Below are positions 44,140-53,218 of a stretch of 64,000 nt of DNA, piece after piece; the stretch's first letter is position 1; every line of letters begins with the position of its first letter. The position numbers and the translations under genes are program-made. This stretch comes from Sandaracinaceae bacterium. Its GTDB lineage: Bacteria; Myxococcota_A; Polyangia; Polyangiales; Sandaracinaceae. The notes below the pieces were generated by a model. The model was not told the origin of the DNA, ran no database searches, and was given only the letters and a program-made list of their open reading frames with translations. The stretch is from positions 134,992 through 198,991 of the forward strand of contig JBGAQA010000001.1 in NCBI GenBank assembly GCA_044220955.1. Reading direction: 5' to 3'.

Positions 44140-44549
44140 GCTCGAGGGGATGCATGCGCGCCGCCGCGAGCCAGTCGAGCTTCTCGGCCGAGTGGTGCAC
44201 GGCGTGCAGCGGCAAGACGCTGCGACGGGCGAGCGCTGGTGGAAGACGACGCCGAGCAGATCGTCCGCGTCGTGGAAGGGCCAGCCGAGCGCGAACGCGA
44301 GGACCGCGGCCGCCCCGAGCGTGGCCGAGCGCGTGAGGAGCCCCGTGCCGAGCGGTGTGATCAGCAGTACGCCCAGTCGATCGCGCGCGTGCGGTCGAGC
44401 GCGTGCGGCGTGGCATCGTCGGCAGGCGCGAGCTGCTGCGCGAGCGCGCAGAGCGGCGCGAACACGGCCAGGCCCACGCGGACCAGGGCCGAGGAGGTCA
44501 CGTAGCCGGGGTGGAAGCCGCGCCCGATCGCGCTCGTGAGGTCGTCCAC
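44140..44549 (-). pseudogene. Decayed sterol desaturase / fatty acid hydroxylase remnant
   Basis: DWAY-(frameshift)-LITPLGTG, then in another frame HAVHHSAEKLDWLAAARMHPLE. The first and last His boxes are missing. Confidence 0.7.
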
Positions 44550-44552
44550 GGA

Positions 44553-45359
44553 TCACACCGCCAGAGCGCCGAGCGCGTCGAGGAGCGAGAGCAGGAGCGC
44601 CTCGATCCGCGCGACGCCGGCCGCGTCCGGCTCGCCCGTGGCCTCGTCCGCGTAGAGCGCGCGGTTGATCTCGATCTGGATGGCGTGGACCCCGTGCTCG
44701 GGCTGCCCGTAGCGCTGGGTGGACCAGCCGCCCCGATACGGGTCGTCGTGCTTCACCGAGAGGCCGGCGGCCGCGAAGTGACGCTCGACGAGGTCGATCA
44801 CGGCCGCCGCGGCGCTCGTCCGTCCGCGCGAGCCGGGGACGATGTCGGCGCGTCGCCCTTGCCCGCCCTTTCCGGTCGAGGGCATCGAGTGCCCCGCGAC
44901 CACGATCGCGTGCCCGAAGCGCGTCCGCTTGCGCTGGATCTCCGCCTCGAGCGCGGCGTGGTAGGGCGTGTGGTAGCGCGCGAGGCGCCGCTCGAGCTCG
45001 ACGTGCGTGATCGGCTCGCGCAGCGCCGGCTGGCCTTCGGTGGTCGAGCGCCACACCACGCCCCGGCTCTGCGTCGGGCGCGGCGCCGGGTGGTCGCGCA
45101 CGGTCTGCCGGTCGACGTCGTCGGGCGCGCGGTTCAGGTCGACCACGTAGCGCGAGAGCCCGCTCGCGAGCAGCGTGGCGCCGCGCTCGGGCGCGCGCGC
45201 GAAGAGCCGATCGACGTAGAGGTCGGAGTCCCGCAGGATGGTCCCGTCACCGACGACGATCTGCGGCCTCACGTCGGCCGGGATCGCGAGCCCGGCGTGC
45301 GGGACCTCCACGATCACGGGCGTCTCCCTCGACGCGTCCGGGCGCACGAGCTGGAACAT
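44553..45359 (-). CDS. N-formylglutamate amidohydrolase family protein
   Basis: EVPHAG, DLYVD.LF, SRYVVDLNR, Y..PYH, HSMPS and HAIQIEINR.LY. Alternative start at 45386. Confidence 0.9.
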   Translation of the reverse strand: MFQLVRPDASRETPVIVEVPHAGLAIPADVRPQIVVGDGTILRDSDLYVDRLFARAPERGATLLASGLSRYVVDLNRAPDDVDRQTVRDHPAPRPTQSRGVVWRSTTEGQPALREPITHVELERRLARYHTPYHAALEAEIQRKRTRFGHAIVVAGHSMPSTGKGGQGRRADIVPGSRGRTSAAAAVIDLVERHFAAAGLSVKHDDPYRGGWSTQRYGQPEHGVHAIQIEINRALYADEATGEPDAAGVARIEALLLSLLDALGALAV

Positions 45360-45375
45360 CGCCGTCGCGAGGGTA

Positions 45376-45807
45376 CTACCGAACATCGATGCGCGCCGTG
45401 GCCTCGGCGTCCACCGCGGCGCAGCGCGACCCCTCGCAGACGTGTCCGTCGACGCGCACGGAGAGCACGGCCGTCCCGACGGACCGGGCCAGCACGGGAA
45501 CTCGGAACCGGAGCGGGTCGCTCGCCGGATCTTCGGCGTCGAAGCGGAAGAGACGGCCGCGCACGACCTCGACGGCCGCACCGTCGACGGTCGGCGTGAC
45601 GAGCAGCGGGCCACGCGCCGCGTCCTCCGCATGCACGAGCAGCGCGACGTCGGCGTGCTCGCCCGGATGGAGCTCGGCGGGCGCCTCGATGCGCACCGTC
45701 AGCGGCGCGGACTGCGCCCGGGCGAGCGCGGCGAGCGCGAGCGACGTCGCGAGGATGGCCAGGGTTCGCGGCCGCGCCGGGCCGCGCAGCGCTCCCGCGC
45801 GGCTCAA
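45376..45807 (-). CDS. Hypothetical secreted Ig/DsbD-N-like protein
   Basis: Signal peptide ending ARA-Q, beta-rich, VC.GS.C. The TTG start overlapping the upstream stop is inferred. Confidence 0.55.
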   Translation of the reverse strand: MSRAGALRGPARPRTLAILATSLALAALARAQSAPLTVRIEAPAELHPGEHADVALLVHAEDAARGPLLVTPTVDGAAVEVVRGRLFRFDAEDPASDPLRFRVPVLARSVGTAVLSVRVDGHVCEGSRCAAVDAEATARIDVR

Positions 45808-46235
45808 GACGGCCGCTTCTCCAGGCGCGCGCGCCGGCGCTCGCTCGCACCGTGGTGGCGGCGCTCGTCGTCGGCGGTCTCGAGCGCGAGCGGCGGCTGC
45901 GGGCACGGCTTGCCGTCCGGCCCGACGGCCACGAACGTCATGTACGCCTCCACGCAGCGCCGTCGCTGACCGCTCGCGCGGTCCTCGACCTGCACCGAGA
46001 CCTCGACCTCCACCGACGAGCGGAACGCCGCGTTCACACGCCCCGTCAGGATCACGACGTCGCCCACGCGGATGGGCGAGACGAAGTTCACGTCGTCCAT
46101 CGACGCCGTGACCGACACGCAGCCCGAGTGCCGCTGCGCCGAGATCGCGCCGCAGACGTCCATCCAGGCCAGGACCGTCCCGCCGAACGCCGTGCCGAGC
46201 ACGTTCGAGTGTTGCGGCAGCACGAGCTCCGTCAT
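45804..46235 (-). CDS. Acyl-CoA thioesterase (hotdog fold, YciA-like), 5' end interrupted by an insertion
   Basis: VLPQHSNVLGTAFGG.VLAWMD, VTASMD.V.F..PI.VG and TFVAV. The original N-terminus MTTPAARSPRVSLTEM lies at 46488. Confidence 0.88.
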   Translation of the reverse strand: MTELVLPQHSNVLGTAFGGTVLAWMDVCGAISAQRHSGCVSVTASMDDVNFVSPIRVGDVVILTGRVNAAFRSSVEVEVSVQVEDRASGQRRRCVEAYMTFVAVGPDGKPCPQPPLALETADDERRHHGASERRRARLEKRPS

Positions 46236-46461
46236 CTCGGTGAGAGAGACGCGGGGGAGCGAGCCGCGGGCGGCGGGCTCATCGCGCGGTCTCCTGCATC
46301 GAGCTCTGCGCGCGTGCCGCGCGAGGAGCAGAGCGACGAGACGGAGGGGTGTGGGGCCCCGCATCCGATTCACTCGGTGCGGGGAGAGGGTCGCCCAGAC
46401 CCTCTCCAGAGACAGGGTGTTGCGGCAGCACGAGCTCCGTCATCTCGGTGAGAGAGACGCG
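46209..46461. mobile_element. 163-bp insertion (repeat copy D) between exact 45-bp direct repeats
   Basis: GTGTTGCGGCAGCACGAGCTCCGTCATCTCGGTGAGAGAGACGCG occurs at 46209-46253 and 46417-46461; the intervening DNA carries the family hairpins. Confidence 0.75.
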
Positions 46462-46516
46462 AGGAGATCGTGCTGCCGGCGTCGTCATCGGGCAGACGTG
46501 CTACCGGGCGCGCCCC

Positions 46517-48364
46517 TCACATGCAAACGAACGCGCCGCCGCCGCCGCCCGTGCGCTGACACGTGTAGGGGGGCGAGCAGGAGCGGCCGCAGCACGGCTC
46601 GCCGTCACCACCGCACGCGACGCACGCGCCGCTGCCGCCGCAGATCGCGTACGGGCCGGGACAGCCGATCCCGCCGCCGCAGCAGACCTGGCCGATGGCT
46701 CCGCACGAACCACCCTGGCAGCTGCCGGCCGAGCACGTGCCCTCACCGCTGCCGCAGTCGCTGCCCGACGCGACGCACGTGTCGTTGACGCAGCACGCGC
46801 CCGCGCCGCAGGCCTGTCCGGCGCAGCACGGATCGCCGTCGCCGCCGCAGGTCTCGCACATGGGCGTCGTGCCGCCGCCGCCGCCCACGCAGACCAGTCC
46901 GCCGGCCGTGCACTGGCCGCCGAAGCCGCCCGTGCCGCCCGTCGCGCAGCAGCTCTGCCCGGCGCCGCCGCACATCATGGTCGCCGTGGTGCACGATCCC
47001 GCCATGCAGGTGAGCGTGCCGCTGCACATCATGCCGCTCGCGTGACACATCCCGCCGAAGCAGCAGCCGCCGGCCGTGCAGCTCGCGCCGCCGCAGCACG
47101 CCTGGCCATCGCCACCGCACGCCGTCGCCGTTCCGTCGAGGCAGACCTGCCCGCTCGCCAGCGCCTGGCCCGACGCGACGCAGTCGCCGCCGTCGCAGCA
47201 CCCGCCGCCGTTGCACATCCCGCCCGCACAGCAGGCCGTGCCCGGGTCGCCGCACACGACACAGTCGCCCCCGGTGCAGCTGCCGCCGGTCCCGCACATC
47301 GCGCCCGAGTCGACGCAGGTGTTGTCGGTCGGATCGCAGCAGCCGCCGCCCGTGCAGGCGCCACCGGCGCAGCACGGATCGCCCGAGGCGCCGCAGGGCG
47401 CGCACATCCCACCGAAGCCGCCGGTGCACGCGAAGCCGGTGTTGCACGAGCCGCCCGCGCAGCACGGATCGCCGTCCGCGCCACACGGTGAGCAGGTTCC
47501 GGTACCGCCGCCGCCGCCGCCCGTGCAGGCGAGGCCCGTGTCGCAGCTGCGACCGGCGCAGCACGCGTCTCCGTCCGCGCCGCACGGCTGGCAGCTCGCC
47601 GCGCCGCCCGTCGGATCGGGCGCGCACGCGAGGCCGGTCCCGCAGGTGTTGCCGCCGCAGCAGACGTCGCCCATCGCGCCGCACGCGATGCACATCCCGG
47701 TCGCACCGTCGCAGCGCGTGTTCGCCGCGGTGCACGTCGCGCCGCCGCCCGCGCCGCCGCCGCAGCACGCGTCGCCGAGGCCGCCGCAGGTGCCGCACGC
47801 GCCCGCCGCGCACGCGCCGCCGATGCCGGGGCAGGTCGTCCCGGCGCCCGTGCACGTCCCGCCCACGCAGCAGCCGCCGGCGTCGCAGGCGTTGCCGGCA
47901 CAGCACGCGTCTCCGGCCGCGCCGCAGGACATGCACGTCCCGGCGCCGCCCCCGGCGCAGAGCCCGCCGGGATCGCAGAGGCGACCCGGACAGCAGGTGC
48001 CACCCGGCGCGCCGCAGTCGGTGCACATGCCGGCGACGCACGCCGAGCCGTCGGTGCAGCCGCCGCCCGCGCAGCAGGCCAGGCCCACGACGCCGCAGGT
48101 CACGGTGGTGCCGCCGTCGGTGCCCGCGTCGTTGCCTGCCGTGCCCATGTCGACCGGAGGCACGCCCGTGTCGGGCAGGTTCGCGTCCGGCAGGTTCGCG
48201 TCCACGTTCGCGTCGGGCCGCGGGCCCGTGTCGAGGCCGCCCATGCCCGTGTCGACCGGCGGGACCCCCGTGTCCATCATGTCCGTCGTGTGCGTGTCGC
48301 TGCAGGCCGCAGCCACCGTGGTCGAGCCGAACGCGAGGGTGAGCAAGAGAAGACGTGCGCGCAT
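46517..48364 (-). CDS. Cys/Gly-rich repeat lipoprotein
   Basis: Lipobox AAAC, DTG/DAN linker, and more than 12 CG..G..CC....C repeats. Confidence 0.85.
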   Translation of the reverse strand: MRARLLLLTLAFGSTTVAAACSDTHTTDMMDTGVPPVDTGMGGLDTGPRPDANVDANLPDANLPDTGVPPVDMGTAGNDAGTDGGTTVTCGVVGLACCAGGGCTDGSACVAGMCTDCGAPGGTCCPGRLCDPGGLCAGGGAGTCMSCGAAGDACCAGNACDAGGCCVGGTCTGAGTTCPGIGGACAAGACGTCGGLGDACCGGGAGGGATCTAANTRCDGATGMCIACGAMGDVCCGGNTCGTGLACAPDPTGGAASCQPCGADGDACCAGRSCDTGLACTGGGGGGTGTCSPCGADGDPCCAGGSCNTGFACTGGFGGMCAPCGASGDPCCAGGACTGGGCCDPTDNTCVDSGAMCGTGGSCTGGDCVVCGDPGTACCAGGMCNGGGCCDGGDCVASGQALASGQVCLDGTATACGGDGQACCGGASCTAGGCCFGGMCHASGMMCSGTLTCMAGSCTTATMMCGGAGQSCCATGGTGGFGGQCTAGGLVCVGGGGGTTPMCETCGGDGDPCCAGQACGAGACCVNDTCVASGSDCGSGEGTCSAGSCQGGSCGAIGQVCCGGGIGCPGPYAICGGSGACVACGGDGEPCCGRSCSPPYTCQRTGGGGGAFVCM

Positions 48365-48493
48365 GGTGCCTCCGGGAACCATCTACAGTGCCCGAATCGC
48401 GCCCGGGCCGGCAACTACGGCGCGACGCAGCGCGTCGAGACCCGGCGGCGGACCCGGGTGCGCGCCGGGCAGCGTCCGTGCTATCCGGACGCG

Positions 48494-49549
48494 ATGACCG
48501 AACCGAAGACCCAGGCGTACATCTCGGGCACCGGGGGCTACGTCCCGCCGCGCGTGGTCACCAACGACCAGCTCGCGAGCGAGTACGGCATCGACACCAC
48601 CGACGAGTGGATCAAGCAGCGCAGCGGCATCTCGGAGCGGCGCTACGCCGACGAGGGCGTGGGCTCCGCGGAGATGGGCTACTACGCCGCGAAGAAGGCG
48701 ATCGAGAACGCGAAGCTGACGCCGAAGGACATCGACTTCATCATCTTCGCGACGCTCTCGCCCGACGTGCACTTCCCGGGGAGCGGCGTGTTCATGCAGC
48801 GCCGGTTCACGGAGCTCTTCGAGGGCGACATGCCCAAGTACGTCCCCTGCCTCGACATCCGCAACCAGTGCTCGGGGTTCCTCTACGGCCTCGGCACCGG
48901 CGCGGCGCTCGTGCAGGCGGGCCAGTACAAGCACGTCCTTCTCGTCGGCAGCGAGACCCACTCGGCGGCGCTCGACTTCACGACGCGCGGTCGTCAGGTC
49001 ACCTCGCTCTTCGGCGACGGCGCGGGCGCGGTCGTGATCAGCGCCACGACGGACCAGAGCCGCGGCCTGCGCCGCTGGAACTGCGGCGCCGACGGCCGCC
49101 ACGCGGAGGCGCTCTGGCTGCGCGTCTTCGACATCACGAAGCGTCCCTACGCGCCCCTCAGCGGTGACCGCATGAGCGACGGCATCCTGAAGCCCGAGAT
49201 GATGTGGCCGCAGATGGAAGGCAAGGTCGTCTTCCGCCACGCGGTCGAGAAGATGTGCATGTCGCTGATGCAGGTCTGCTTCGAGATGCAGCTCTCGGCG
49301 AGCGACATCGACCTCTTCGTTTTCCACCAGGCGAACATGCGCATCAACCAGTACGTCGCGCAGTCGCTCGGCATCCCGGACGAGAAGCTCATCCACAACA
49401 TCCACAAGTACGGCAACACCACGGCCGCGACCATCCCGCTCCTGCTCGCCGAGGCGGAGGAGACCGGACGCCTCAAGCCGGGCATGAAGGTCGCGATGGC
49501 GGCGTTCGGCGCCGGCTTCACGTGGGGCGCGGCCGTCATCGACTGGTAG
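48494..49549 (+). CDS. fabH: 3-oxoacyl-ACP synthase III
   Basis: DTTDEWI.QRSGI.ERR; catalytic C (NQCSG), H (FHQAN) and N (YGNT); FGAGFTWG. Confidence 0.93.
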   Translation: MTEPKTQAYISGTGGYVPPRVVTNDQLASEYGIDTTDEWIKQRSGISERRYADEGVGSAEMGYYAAKKAIENAKLTPKDIDFIIFATLSPDVHFPGSGVFMQRRFTELFEGDMPKYVPCLDIRNQCSGFLYGLGTGAALVQAGQYKHVLLVGSETHSAALDFTTRGRQVTSLFGDGAGAVVISATTDQSRGLRRWNCGADGRHAEALWLRVFDITKRPYAPLSGDRMSDGILKPEMMWPQMEGKVVFRHAVEKMCMSLMQVCFEMQLSASDIDLFVFHQANMRINQYVAQSLGIPDEKLIHNIHKYGNTTAATIPLLLAEAEETGRLKPGMKVAMAAFGAGFTWGAAVIDW

Positions 49550-49629
49550 GGGGCCGCTCGCCCACCTCGCGCAGGGACGAGCCGCGGCGTGGAACGACGC
49601 AGCCACGCGTTTCGTGGGACGCTCGGGCC

Positions 49630-49929
49630 ATGGCCTTCGTCCACACGTTCGTGGCTCGCGCCGACGTGATCCAGGAGCTGCTGCACGGCCGACACCGCCA
49701 CAACCTCGAGGCCTGGCAGTGCACGAGCTGCCCGCGGCTCCACGTTCGCATCCGTTCGGCGATGCTCACGCCCTTCTCGGGCGAGCTCTCGCTGCCCGAG
49801 GGCACGCAGGTGGACGTCGACAAGGACTGGCGCCGCGGCCAGGCCGCCGCAGCCACGGTGCCCGTCTGTCCTGCGGACGGCACCGCCATGATCCGCCTCG
49901 ATCGCGATCACCCCGTTCGCTTCGCGTGA
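49630..49929 (+). CDS. Hypothetical small protein, possible zinc ribbon
   Basis: CTSC...CPADG motifs; fills the intergenic gap. Confidence 0.55.
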   Translation: MAFVHTFVARADVIQELLHGRHRHNLEAWQCTSCPRLHVRIRSAMLTPFSGELSLPEGTQVDVDKDWRRGQAAAATVPVCPADGTAMIRLDRDHPVRFA

Positions 49930-49945
49930 GTCAGCGGCGCCGAGC

Positions 49946-50551
49946 TCACGCGAGGCGCGGGTCTTCGCCGTCGAGCTGCGGCGCCGCGGCCACGAACGCC
50001 CAATCCTGCATCCCGCTTCCGTCGAACACGAGGCGAGCGGCGCCGCCCGGGCCCTCGAACGTGATGGTGTGGATCGCGTCGCCCGGGACCGGGCCCGCGC
50101 CGCCCTCGACGCGGTAGCGACCGGCGTGGTCCTCTTCGTCGAGGAAGGCGCCGAGCGCGGCCGCGCGCGCCTCGGGATCGTCCGCGCGGACGCGCAGGTG
50201 GCAGCCGGCGGCCGTGCGCGTGGCGCCATCGCTCCGCGCGATCTCTGCGAGGGTGGCGCCGCCGAGCTCGAAGCCGTCGCCCCAGAAGAGCACGAGCCGG
50301 TCCACGCGCAGGATCTCGGTGTCGGCGAGGCTGCCCCGCACGAGGAAGCGTGTCCGCTCGCTGAGCGGCCACTCCAGCCCGCGTCGCGCGGCCATCGCCG
50401 CGAGCGGCTCCGGCACCACGGCCATCGACCAGGGCGCGGGGTCGGTGCGCTCGAAGCGCACGAAGGCCTCGCGGAGCGCGCGCAGCTCGGCCTCCCAGGC
50501 CGCGGCGGCGGTGACGTCGACGAACTCGGCCGCCTGCATGATGACGCCCAT
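49946..50551 (-). CDS. Hypothetical protein
   Basis: Globular-looking C-terminal part of ORF 49946..51466, starting MGVIMQAAEF. Confidence 0.55.
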   Translation of the reverse strand: MGVIMQAAEFVDVTAAAAWEAELRALREAFVRFERTDPAPWSMAVVPEPLAAMAARRGLEWPLSERTRFLVRGSLADTEILRVDRLVLFWGDGFELGGATLAEIARSDGATRTAAGCHLRVRADDPEARAAALGAFLDEEDHAGRYRVEGGAGPVPGDAIHTITFEGPGGAARLVFDGSGMQDWAFVAAAPQLDGEDPRLA

Positions 50552-50626
50552 GCCGCGAGGCCTACCACGAGCGCGGCGTGAGCTCGGCCGATGGATCGGC
50601 GCCACGGCGCGGCGCACACTCGAGCG

Positions 50627-51322
50627 ATGAGGGTCGGATGGCTCGCGCTGCTGCTGGTGCTCGGCCTGTGCTCGGCGGCTCGGGCCGACGTCGTGGAGCC
50701 GCCACCGACGGACTGCATCGCAGGCTCGCGGGGGTTCACGTGCCACGGCGGCGTGGGGTGCGAGCCGGTCCACTGCATGCTCGACTCGGACTGCGCGGCG
50801 GGCGAGCGCTGCGAGCTGCGATCGCTCTGCGTCGGCTCGTTCGACTGCTTCTGGAGCGGCCCGCAGCCGATCGTGACGGGGCCCTGCGAGTCGGAGCCGT
50901 GCGTGGCGGGCAGCATGTGCGTGAACACGCGGTACTGCGTCCGGGGCAGCGCGCCCGACTCCGGCCCGCCGCCCGTCGACGCCGCGACGACGCCGGTGGA
51001 CGCGGCCACACCCATCGACGCGTTCGTCGCGGTGGACTCCGGCAGCACCGGGGACGCGGGCGACGGACGCATGCTCACCCTCGGCGGCTGCGGGTGTGGC
51101 GTGGCGGCGCGCGGAGGCCACCCGGGACTCCTCGTCGTCGCGCTCGTGACGCTGGTCGCGGGGCGCGCCCGGCGGCAGGGGCGCAAGGGCCGCCGCGTCT
51201 GGCCGACACGTCGATCCGAGGCGCAGAATGGGGTAGGTCATGAACACCCTCAGGCTGACGAACGCGACCGACGCGGAGAACGCAGCGGCCGGGAAGCTCG
51301 ACCCGGCCGAGGTGCGAAGTGA
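50627..51322 (+). CDS. Secreted Cys-rich protein with a MYXO-CTERM-like tail
   Basis: Signal peptide ARA-D; GGCGC, TM and basic tail. The ORF extends about 80 nt into the next gene. Confidence 0.7.
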   Translation: MRVGWLALLLVLGLCSAARADVVEPPPTDCIAGSRGFTCHGGVGCEPVHCMLDSDCAAGERCELRSLCVGSFDCFWSGPQPIVTGPCESEPCVAGSMCVNTRYCVRGSAPDSGPPPVDAATTPVDAATPIDAFVAVDSGSTGDAGDGRMLTLGGCGCGVAARGGHPGLLVVALVTLVAGRARRQGRKGRRVWPTRRSEAQNGVGHEHPQADERDRRGERSGREARPGRGAK

Positions 51323-51656
51323 GACGGTGGAGGGGCTCGTCGACACGGGCGCGACGTCGCTGGCGATCCCGGAGGATCTCGCGATGCGTCTCGGTCTCCG
51401 CTTCGCCGGCACCCGCAACGTCCGGATGGCGAGCGGCGAGAGGCACGCGCTCCCCTGGGTCGGCAACCTGACGCTCGAGATCCTCGGACGCGCGATGACC
51501 TGCGACGCGCTGGTGCTCCCCGTCGGCGCTCCCGTGCTCGTCGGGCAGATCCCGCTCGAGGGCCTCGACCTGATCGTCGATCCGAAGAACCGTGAGCTGC
51601 GGGTGAACCCGGAGTCGCCCGACGCGCCGCTGCTCGACCTCTACGCGGTGGCCTGA
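51240..51656 (+). CDS. Clan AA (retropepsin-like) aspartic protease
   Basis: LVDTGAT and LVGQIPLEGLDL.VDP. Confidence 0.88.
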   Translation: MNTLRLTNATDAENAAAGKLDPAEVRSETVEGLVDTGATSLAIPEDLAMRLGLRFAGTRNVRMASGERHALPWVGNLTLEILGRAMTCDALVLPVGAPVLVGQIPLEGLDLIVDPKNRELRVNPESPDAPLLDLYAVA

Positions 51657-51724
51657 CCGGTCCGCGCCTGACCGCACGAGCAGGCGGCGGTCGCGCCGGG
51701 CCCTCCGGCGTGCTCTAACTCGGC

Positions 51725-52198
51725 ATGTCCACCGAGCGAGTCCGTGCCGATCGCGGGAGCCTGTTCGAGAACGCGCAGAAGCGGAAGCCGAGCCAGCCCG
51801 ACATGCAGGGCGACTGCAGCATCGGGGGCGCGCCCTACGAGATCCGCGCGTGGCGACGCGAGGAGCAGCTGACCATCAGCATCGCGCCGCCGCGCGGCGA
51901 TCAGAACACGTACCCGCCGGATGCCTTTCGCGGCGCGCTCGAGCCGGCGCCCAAGACGCGCGCACGCGGCAAGGGCGACGAGGGCCCGGCGCCCGTGTGG
52001 GCGGGCGACGTGACGGGCGACGACGCGACCTACACCATCCGGGCCTTCGAGAAGCAGGGCAAGAGCGGCACCTACCTCACGCTCAGCTTCGAGCAGATCG
52101 CGCACGAGAAGAAGCCCGTCGAGCTCGCCCTGGCTCAGGACGACGCAGACGACGCAGACGACGCAGACGACGCAGACGACGCGATGGTCGACGCGTAG
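51725..52198 (+). CDS. Hypothetical protein with two DUF736/phage-SSB-like units and an acidic tail
   Basis: GSLF.N..K....QPD..G....G..Y.I.AW and P...G.......Y.I.AF....SG.YL.LS; tail (DDA)5. Confidence 0.65.
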   Translation: MSTERVRADRGSLFENAQKRKPSQPDMQGDCSIGGAPYEIRAWRREEQLTISIAPPRGDQNTYPPDAFRGALEPAPKTRARGKGDEGPAPVWAGDVTGDDATYTIRAFEKQGKSGTYLTLSFEQIAHEKKPVELALAQDDADDADDADDADDAMVDA

Positions 52199-52683
52199 AC
52201 GAGCTCGATCCCCGTCTCCGTCACGCGCGTGGGACCGCGCACGAAGCCGGCCTTCTCGAGCACGCGCGCGCTGGCAGCGTTCGCGATCGCGGTGCGCGCG
52301 ACCACGCGCTCCGCGCCCAGCCGCTCGCGCGTGACGCGGACGAGCGCGCGCGCGACGTGCGTGCCGTAGCCCTTCCCCCAGTGCGCCGAGCCGACGAGGT
52401 AGCCGATCTCGGGCACGCCGGGCTCGAAGTCGGACACGAACACGCGGCCGCTGCCGACGTACGTCTCGCCATCGAACGCCGCGAGCACCGCGAGGTAGCG
52501 CGGGTCCTCGTCGGCGAGGTAGCGCTCGAGCACCCCGAGCACCTCGTCGCGACGGAGGGGACCGCCGACCGGTCCCATCGTGACGGGATCGGTGAGGAGC
52601 GACGTGAGCCGATCGAGATCGCCGCGCTCGTAGGACCGCAGCGTGAGCGGGCCTTCGTCGAGCGCGGCGACGCGGATCGGCAT
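52135..52683 (-). CDS. GNAT N-acetyltransferase (RimJ/RimL-like)
   Basis: EIGY....HWGKGYGT and N.ASARVLEKAGF. Confidence 0.88.
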   Translation of the reverse strand: MPIRVAALDEGPLTLRSYERGDLDRLTSLLTDPVTMGPVGGPLRRDEVLGVLERYLADEDPRYLAVLAAFDGETYVGSGRVFVSDFEPGVPEIGYLVGSAHWGKGYGTHVARALVRVTRERLGAERVVARTAIANAASARVLEKAGFVRGPTRVTETGIELVYASTIASSASSASSASSASS

Positions 52684-52727
52684 GTCGGCCAGAGTGCCCG
52701 ACGAAGTCCGGCCGATCGAGCCCACGC

Positions 52728-52885
52728 GAGGCCCCCCGAGGTCGACGACAGCCCCGGGCATGTTCCGCCGGCCGCGCGAGACGAGCGGTGTGCCGCGCGA
52801 GGCGAGCGGGAGCGAGCCGAGTCGGAGCGAGGGGTGAGAGGGATCCGGCTCCGCCGGTCCCTCGAGGGGCCCGCGCAGGGCCCCT
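52728..52885. repeat. Dispersed structured repeat, copy C
   Basis: Hairpins GAGGGA-T-CCGG-CTCCG-CCGG-TCCCTC (52838-52863) and AGGGGCCC-GCGCA-GGGCCCCT (52865-52885). Confidence 0.85.
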
Positions 52886-52891
52886 GGAAGA

Positions 52892-53218
52892 TCAGAACAG
52901 GTCGCGGAACGTGGCTTCGGGCTTCTTGCGGGCCACGAGGATCGCGTTCACGGCGCGCACGATGCGCGTCTTGGTCGGACCCGCGACCGTGGTGCCCGCG
53001 AGGGCGCGGTCGATCGCCGGCTGCGTCACGCGGCGGCCGCTGCGCGGCTTGGCCTTCGTGATCGCCTCGTCCTTCTCCATCTTGCCGGCCTTGATGGCCG
53101 CCTTCTTGGAGACGAGGGTGCGGTCCTCCGCGGTCTGGCGCTCGATGCTGCGGCTCGCGCCGACCACGCGACGCGCGTCGATCTTGTTGTTCTTCAGGTA
53201 CTCACTGAGCTTCGACAT
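52892..53218 (-). CDS. Small highly basic hypothetical protein
   Basis: 108 aa, Lys/Arg-rich, strongly G/C-ending codons, ends DLF. Confidence 0.8.
   Translation of the reverse strand: MSKLSEYLKNNKIDARRVVGASRSIERQTAEDRTLVSKKAAIKAGKMEKDEAITKAKPRSGRRVTQPAIDRALAGTTVAGPTKTRIVRAVNAILVARKKPEATFRDLF

Noticed and set aside
46209..46461. attL/attR of an integrated prophage or island
   Set aside because: Only 163 bp lie between the repeats, with no integrase or tRNA target. Kept as a small insertion instead.
51228..51240. Pyrrolysine or amber recoding
   Set aside because: No pyl genes or tRNA are visible, and TAG is used as a normal stop elsewhere (e.g. 31311, 49549, 59854).
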